A stretch of DNA of 64,000 nucleotides from the human T2T-CHM13v2.0 reference genome, Homo sapiens. Under the pieces are notes generated by a model. It was not told where the DNA came from, ran no database searches, and saw nothing but the letters and a program-made list of their open reading frames with translations. The DNA is taken from the NCBI RefSeq assembly GCF_009914755.1, contig NC_060937.1. One strand, written 5' to 3'. Of the stretch, positions 56,508 to 64,000 are shown one piece after another. Numbering within the stretch: position 1 is the first letter of the stretch; each line of letters begins with the position of its first letter. The position numbers and the translations under genes are program-made.

Positions 56508-59500
56508 CATATCATTAGCAAATAGGGTATTTCACTTCTTTCTTTCTGTTTTAGCATGAAAAAAAACATAAAAAAATCCAACTCTTGCCTTATTGCTCTG
56601 GCTAGAACGCTAGAATTACATTACTATAGTAAATAGAATTGCCTAGCATAAGCATCCTCAGCTTGTTCCAGATCTTAGAGAAAAAGGTTTCAAAATTTCT
56701 TTGATTGCTCTGATGTTAGCTGTGGGTTTATTATATACGCTCTTTATTGTGTTGAAGTACATTTTCTCATCCTGTATTTGTTCAGAGATTTTATCAGGAA
56801 GGGATGTTGAATTTGGTCAAATGCTTTTTCTGCATCTATTGAGAAAATCATACGTATTTTATTCAGTTAACATGATGTAGCAATTTTTTTTGATTTATGT
56901 ATGTTGAAACATCCTTGCATCCCAGAAATCCCAGTTGATCATGGTGAATAAAATATTTTTAATGTGTGGTTGAATTATGTGGTAGTTTTTATTGAGGGTT
57001 TTTGTATTTAGGTTCTTCAAGGTTATTGACCCTTAATTTTCTTTTCTTGTTGTTTCATTGCATGGTTTAAAGCCAGATCTTAAAGATTAGGGTACTTCTG
57101 GCCTCATAAAATGAGTTTGGAGAGTTTGAGAAGGATTAGTTTTAGCTCTATTTTAAAAGTTTGGTAGAATAGCATTATGAAGCCATCTAGTCTTGGCCAT
57201 TTCTTTGATGGTAGGTTTTTAAAACTTTATTAATTTAATATTCTTAGTCATTATTTGTTTCCTCAGATATTCTATTCCTTCTTCATTCAGGCATAACAGA
57301 TTGTATGTTTCTAGGAATTTATTCATTTTTCAAGGTTATTCAATTTGTTGGCATATAATTGTTCATAGTATTATGAGTACTCTCATAATTCTTTGTATTT
57401 CTGTGGTATCAGTTGTAATATCTCCTATTTTGTTTTTGATTTTATTGAGTCTTCTCTTTTTTTTTTTCCTCAGTGTGGCTAGAGATTTGTTTATTTTACC
57501 TTTTCAAAGAACCAACTCTTAATTTCATTGATCTTTTCTATTGTCATTTCAGTCTCTATTTCATTTATTTCTTTTCTCATCTTCATTACTTCCTTCCTTT
57601 TACTGATTGGACTTACTTTTGTTCTCCCTTTTCCAGTTCCTTGATGTGTAATGCTAAGTTTTTTACTTGAGATCTTTCTCCTTTTTTGATGTAGGCATTT
57701 ACTGCCATAAACATCCCTGCATGCCATAAATTATGGTATAGTGTATTTCCAATTTCTTTTGCCTTAGGTTTTTTCTTTAATTTCTATTTTAATTTATCCT
57801 GTGATCCATTAGTTGTTCAGAAACATATTGTTTAATTTCCAACTATCTGTCAGTTTTTCAAAATTCCTTGTTATTGCTTTCTAGCTTTATTTCATTTTTG
57901 TTAGAGACTATAGTTGATATGATTTTAATATTCTTAAACTTATTAAGACTTGTGCTCTAACATATAATCTATAACATAACAACCTACTTTGGAGAATGTT
58001 TAGTTGAGAAGTTGAGAAGAATATGCATTTTGCTGCTGTTGGATAGAATGCTCTATATATGTCTGTTAGGTATATTTAGTCTAACATATTGTTCAAACCC
58101 ACTGTTTACCTGTTTATTTCCTATCTGAATGATCTGTCCACTGTTAAAAGAGGAGTATGGAAATCCCCTGCTATTATTGCATTGTAGTCTATCTTACCCT
58201 TTAGATCTATTAATATTTGCTGTATATATTTAGTTGCTTTGATGTTGGATGTGTATGTGCATATATATAATTTGTATGTGTGTATGTGTATTTGTATATA
58301 TAAAATTGTTATATCCGCTTGATGAATTGACTCCTTTACAATAATATAATGCTTTGTCTCCTTAGCTGTATTTTTTTATTTAGAGTCTATTGTTTTTAAT
58401 AACCCTGTTTCTCTGCTCTCGTTTGATAACCATTTTCCTATAATATCTTTTTTCATCCCTTTACTCTCAGTGTATGTGTGTCTTTAAGCTTAAAGCGAGT
58501 CTGTAGTAGGCAGCACATTTTCACATCTTGTTTTATTTGATTTAAAATTAATTCAGTGACTCTGGGTGTTTTGATTGAAAAATTTAATTCACTTACATTT
58601 AAAGTAATTACTCACAGGTAAGGATTTACTATGGAATTTTGTTTATTTTTTCCTGACTGTTGTATAGTTTATTTTTTTGTTCTTCTCTTTTAAGATTACT
58701 GTCTTTCTTTATAATTTGTTTTCTTTGTATGTGGTATGCTTTGATTCCTTCCACTTTATCTTTTGCATTTCTACTAGAAAGTTTTTTCTTGTGGTTAGCA
58801 TGAAGCTTACATAAAACATATTTTGGTTATAATATTCTAATTTAAGCTAATAGCACCTTAAGTTGAATCACATACAAAGGCTCTACACTTTTATTTGTCC
58901 CCTTCCCCGCATTTTATGCTAATTGTCATACTTTATATTTATATATGTGTTGTAAGTGTGTGTGTGTGTGTGTTGTCTTGCTCTTAACTAATTATTTATA
59001 GCTATAGTTATTTTTAATACCTATTTCTTTTAGCCCTCATACTAGAGTTAAGATTTACACACCACCTTTTCAGTATTGGTGTCTTCTGAATTTGATTAAA
59101 TATTTACATGTACCACTGGGGTTTTACTTTCGTATGTTTTTATATTGAAACTTATTACATTTTTATTGAAATAAAATAAATCCTTTATTTATTTTAAGGT
59201 CAGTCTTATGGTGATGAATTTTCTCAGCTTATGTTGGTCTTCGACTATATCTGTCTTTCATTTCTGAAGCACAACCTTGCTAGGTGCCACATTCTTGATT
59301 GAGAGAGTATTTCTTTAAATTAGCTCAATCTGTTTTTTTCTCTCAGCACTTTAAATATGCTATCCCACTCCTTGCTGGCATGCAAGGTTTCTGTTGAGAA
59401 GTCTGCTCATAGCCTTATGGGAGGGTTTTTTTTTTTTTTTAATAAATGATGAGTTTCTTTTCTCTTGCTCCTTTCAATATTTTCTCTTTGTCTTTGAATT

Positions 59501-60680
59501 TTGACAATTTGATTATAATGTGTCTCAAAGTATTAATTTTTGAATTTATCCGCTTGAAGTCCTTTGAGCTTTCTGAACTTTTATGTTCATATACCTCCCA
59601 AGATTTGGAAAGTGTTCAGGCAGTATTTCTTTAAATTAGTTTTCTGCTTTTTTGTATCTCTCTTCTTTTTCTAGTATTCCCATGATTTGTATATGTATAT
59701 GTTTCATAGTATCTCATGAATCCCTTATGCTTTCTTCACTCATTTTTAATCTTTCTTCTTTTTGTTCTGCTAATCAGCTGATTGCAAATGATCTGCCTTT
59801 GAGTTAACAAATCACTTCTTCTGCATGAGCAAGTCGGCTGTTGAAACTCTCTACTGAAATTTTCAGTTCTGTCATTTTATTATTCAGCCCAATGATTTCT
59901 GTTTGGTTCATTTTATGATTTCTATGTCTTTATTAAACTTTTAATTTTTCCATACATCCTTTTACTAATTTTAGTTAGTTGCCTATCCATATTTTCCTGC
60001 ACCTTGTTGAACTTCCTTAAGTTGATTATTTTAAAATCTTTTTTTTAGGTAACCTCTATATCTTCATTTCTGGGGATCAATTATTGGAACTTTATAAATT
60101 TCCCTTGACAATGTCATGTTTGTCTGATTCTTTATTATCTGTGTAGTCTTGCATTTGAAAAAACTCTTTTTCAGTCTTTACAAACTTGTTTTGTCAAGTA
60201 AAAGTCTTTTCCTGTAAGTATGCAGGCTGATGTGATTGCCTCTGGTATCATAGTTGACCGGAGTTGGATCTAGTTCACATGCTGGTCACATGGTCACATG
60301 GTCGTGGTCACATGCTGATGCTGGGTCTGGAATTGAGACTACATTTGGTGATCCTATTCCCAGGAGCTCTAGTGGGTGTGTGTTCTATTTAGTCCTTGGG
60401 TGGACTGAACTGTCTCCAAAACATTGGTCTGTGGGGCTCATTCTGATACAAGGGTCCGCTTCAGTGTTTGCAGACAGTGGACCTGTTATTAGGTCACTGG
60501 GAGGGGACCCTTTGGGTTGCTGAAAGAGTTGTGAGCTGTCCATGCTCTTCTGAAACTTGGCTGAGATGGTCTGGAATGGAATCCCAAGGCTCCTAAAACA
60601 AGATTTTGCCTATAGATGGGTGCAGAAGAATTCCTGCTGTTATGGAAGGATATGAGTGAGTGACCTATTATTCCACTATC
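54402..60680 (-). mobile_element. Near full-length (~6.2 kb) L1MA-family LINE-1, decayed
   Basis: Colinear antisense 3' UTR (from 54402), ORF2 remnants (e.g. INEIKSWFFEK at 57491-57727; endonuclease region near 58300-58620), ORF1-like region about 59190-60230 and a more GC-rich 5' region; the 5' boundary is uncertain. Confidence 0.88.
56466..56505. repeat. (TA)20 microsatellite within L1MA
   Basis: Read directly. Confidence 0.95.
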
Positions 60681-62782
60681 TTTGGAAAGTTCCACTTTCA
60701 AAGCATGTGCTCCATGAAAGTTAGCTCTTATTATTGCTTCTAGTATTACTGTAAACTTACCGAAGGGGAAAAATCTATTTGTTATATAATACCACTTAAA
60801 GAACAAGCATAGAAAGAGACACCCACAAAGAAGATTGAGTACAAATAAGAGTAAATTCCAGAAAGGGGACAGAAAATATAAATTAGAAATCAGAAAATAA
60901 TCTAAAATCTATCATATCAGAAATAAAATACAGATTGTTCAAGACTGAGATAATAACATAAGAAAAAACTGAAGTCATAAATGGGCTTTAAAAATAAAAT
61001 TATTATTACTTAATATTCATTCACTAGAGGGATACATATGTTACCTTTTGAATATTTGAAAATAAGGAAATGAGAGAGAGAAATAAATATATATACAAAG
61101 GTTAGCGTCAAGCGAGTATACCAGCGAGCATAACCTTTTCTCTACATTGAACTTTTCTCTAAGCTAATTTGGAATGGCTTTTGAGTGACTAGATTCTTCC
61201 TACATGACGTATAGTGTTTTGCAATTTCTGGCAGTGGAGATGACTTCTTTCAAATGAGGAATTTGTTATATATTTCAGCTTTGAGTCAACATATCGCTTT
61301 ATGAATGGGAATTGAATCCACCTAACCATATCAGCATGAACATAGGTTTCTTACTTTAGGTGTATAAAGAGACTATCGCTATTCTTTTGAGAAACATCGT
61401 GCTGTGCGCTTTTTCTGTATGTGTTTTAAAAGCATATGGGGCATGCTGTCAGCACTGTTCTGTTTCAAAGCTGGATTCATTTGTAAATGTTATAACTGGC
61501 CATACTAATGGTTTTGTGTTGCATGTGGATGTTGGAGGTGTTGCAGAGATAATAAGGGGGCTCTGATGAATTAAGCATATGTGTTCCTGCGGGGCGATGG
61601 AAATAGAATAGAATCATAATGAAATTTCAACCCTGCAGCTGTATTTCACCTATAACATTCTGTTCATAGGATTTTTCTCTTCCTTAGGCTTCTAACTAGC
61701 TGAAAGGAATATAGACGATAAGCTTTCTAAGACAGAAACTTTAATTTTCACTGAATAAAATCATTCATATTTAGAAGTATATATAAATATTAAAAATTTT
61801 GCTTTTTAAGGAGTTAGGCATCTTACCAAGCATTATTTTATATAACAACATGCTACAAATATGTTAGCATATGTAATGATCCTTTTAATATAGACAGAAT
61901 TTTGTGTAGTAGTATAGGGCTTGTTTTCTAGGCAAAATATGAAAAATTATTCTCTGCTAATTTTAATCTCTTTTTCATAATACAAACTATTATCTAGTAG
62001 TATAACTTTCTGATATTTGGAAGTTAATGCTACAAATAATGAGAATTTGGTTTTAGGGATTTGGTTAAAAGGTACCCAAAGAATAAAATGTAGTGGATTA
62101 AAATACTTAAAATAATTGACGATCCTTGCCTAATTAGAAATATTATTGTAAATATCCAAATTACACCCAAATAAATCAGTTGTCTACAAGATCAAGATTA
62201 TATGATTACTACCTGTCCTTAACTCCCTTTGCTGGAGAGATTTGTCCATATCTACCTACTGCTTATTCTCACATAACTCAGAGAGTTTATCCTGACCCTA
62301 TTGTCAGACTTTGTAAGGTGATTTTCTCTGGCCAGTAAGACAGGAAAGGAGGTAACTTATGCCAGTTCTCTTAGAATTTACCATCCACCACATGAATGTC
62401 ATGTTTCAAATAGGGGCTTCTCCTTCAGTCTGCAACTTGTATGAGAAAATTTTTTAAAAAATCAAAACACCATAGAGGAGGAGCAAATTAAAAAAAAAAA
62501 CGGCACCATGAGAAAATAAAAAAAAAACCATCATACTAGCTTTAATATGAAGAAGGAATAAACTTTGATTGTCAGTAAGATTTCTTACTACAGTAAAGCT
62601 AATACAGTAAGTCTTGTTAAAACCTTTATTGTCTGTTCCAAAAGTAAATCAATAAGAACTTTGATTAGTAGAAATTATTTCACAATGAGCTCTTCTAGCG
62701 TTGTTGCAGAATTTAATCTATATTTACATTCCCAAAGTCTAATAAGCAGCATAACACATAACAAATAATCAATCATTAACCA

Positions 62783-62834
62783 TTGACTGATGGATAGATG
62801 AATGAGTGAATGTATATAAATGAATGAATAAATG
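62783..62834 (+). mobile_element. (TGAA)n-like tail, probable L2 3' end
   Basis: tgactgatggatagatgaatgagtgaatgtatataaatgaatgaataaatg. Confidence 0.4.
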
Positions 62835-64000
62835 GCACATCCAGAAGTAACTACATTATAGTAGGACCTGAAGATTCAATAAGAGATGAATACCCTCAAG
62901 GGATCATAAGAGGCTCAGGGAAAATTTTGTAAACTGGTAACACTACATACTGAAAAAAACACAAGCATGAAATTGAAAAAGGTAGAAAAAAGAAATTCCA
63001 AGTGAAGTATCTTCTTGCAATTTCTCTGCACTACAGAAATTTTCTTTTCCTAATAGAGGCTGCTTTCAGGTTTCTTAGCATTTCCGTCTGTAAACGTGAA
63101 AATTTACAACACCCAATCACACTTGTAAGCTTTTAAAAATTTGTTTTTAAAATCAGATAAATGCCAGCCTGATTTTCTTTTTTCACTTTCCTAAACTGTC
63201 TACAGTATTATCTGTGAAAGATAATTATAAAAGTAATAGAAATACAGGAAAACAGTCAGTAAATGATATGTAATATACAAACTAGGTATTTTCTCCTAGA
63301 ATGTATGATTTCTGGATATTGCATTCAAAATACATTGATTTTTTTTGTATATACTGTAAATTCAGTATAAATAATACATGCTTAACTTATATTGCATATT
63401 TTATGTCAAGATATTTTAGATCTTTTCTATTTCAATCAAATGTTTGGAAAATTGTATCATTGCTGATGTTCTCTGCGTTAGAGGAATATTAGCGTTTTCA
63501 CCCAGTCGTGTGGATAAAGGGATGCAAAACCTTGTCTAGCATTCCAGAAAATAGGTCCTGCATTTTTGAGCTACATTATCTGCTTCAGTAAATGCTGTCA
63601 TTCTGCTTGGTTTTTCACTCCAAGTTGTCAGCTGCAGCGAAACCTGGATTAAACTATCCAAACTACAAAGCAGGAAAAAATAATTGAAGCTTTCTGACAC
63701 TAAAGTTACCATGTAGTCTTTAATTTGTGAGATGGTAAATATTACCCTCTCCCTTGATCTCTACTGTTTAGAACTCCCAGGGGAGAAAGCAATTGGCTTC
63801 ATTTCTAAAGCTTCTCTCAAGACAGGCAAGCAGTAAAATGTACTGCTTTATCAGAATTCTTTAGAGATTTTTATGTGAACACACTTCATTGATTATTAGT
63901 TTTCTGATGAGACTTGCTGGAGTGAAGAAGCCTCCCTAGAAAGAGATTCTCGTTCTTTGGAAAATAAAATTATGGTCTGTTAGCATGGAAACAACAATAT

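Overview
AT-rich, CpG-depleted primate genomic DNA, most likely human or great ape (it carries AluY copies and an L1PA2-type insertion). It reads as intergenic or deep-intronic sequence. I find no supportable protein-coding gene, RNA gene or CRISPR array. The ORF-track entries derive from Alu, L1, MaLR or low-complexity DNA, or look like chance frames. Roughly half or more of the window is interspersed repeat: ten Alus, L1s from L1PA2-like to L1ME age (one ~6.2 kb L1MA is near full length), two complete MST MaLR proviruses with both LTRs and TSDs, a THE1 solo LTR, MER77-, MER31/67-, MLT1- and LTR33-like LTRs, a MER47A DNA transposon, L2/MIR relics and microsatellites. I found no evidence of a novel biological system. 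The best observations are footprints of mutational mechanisms: a twin-primed L1 with a ~25 bp inversion, a tail-less and TSD-less young L1 ORF2 patch, a serial template-switch hairpin, two TSD pairs with reciprocal CpG decay, and a ~270 bp GAA/GGA tract grown inside an L1. A few repeat-free blocks may be regulatory. Subfamily names come from remembered consensus sequences and need RepeatMasker/Dfam confirmation. Boundaries of old repeats are approximate.
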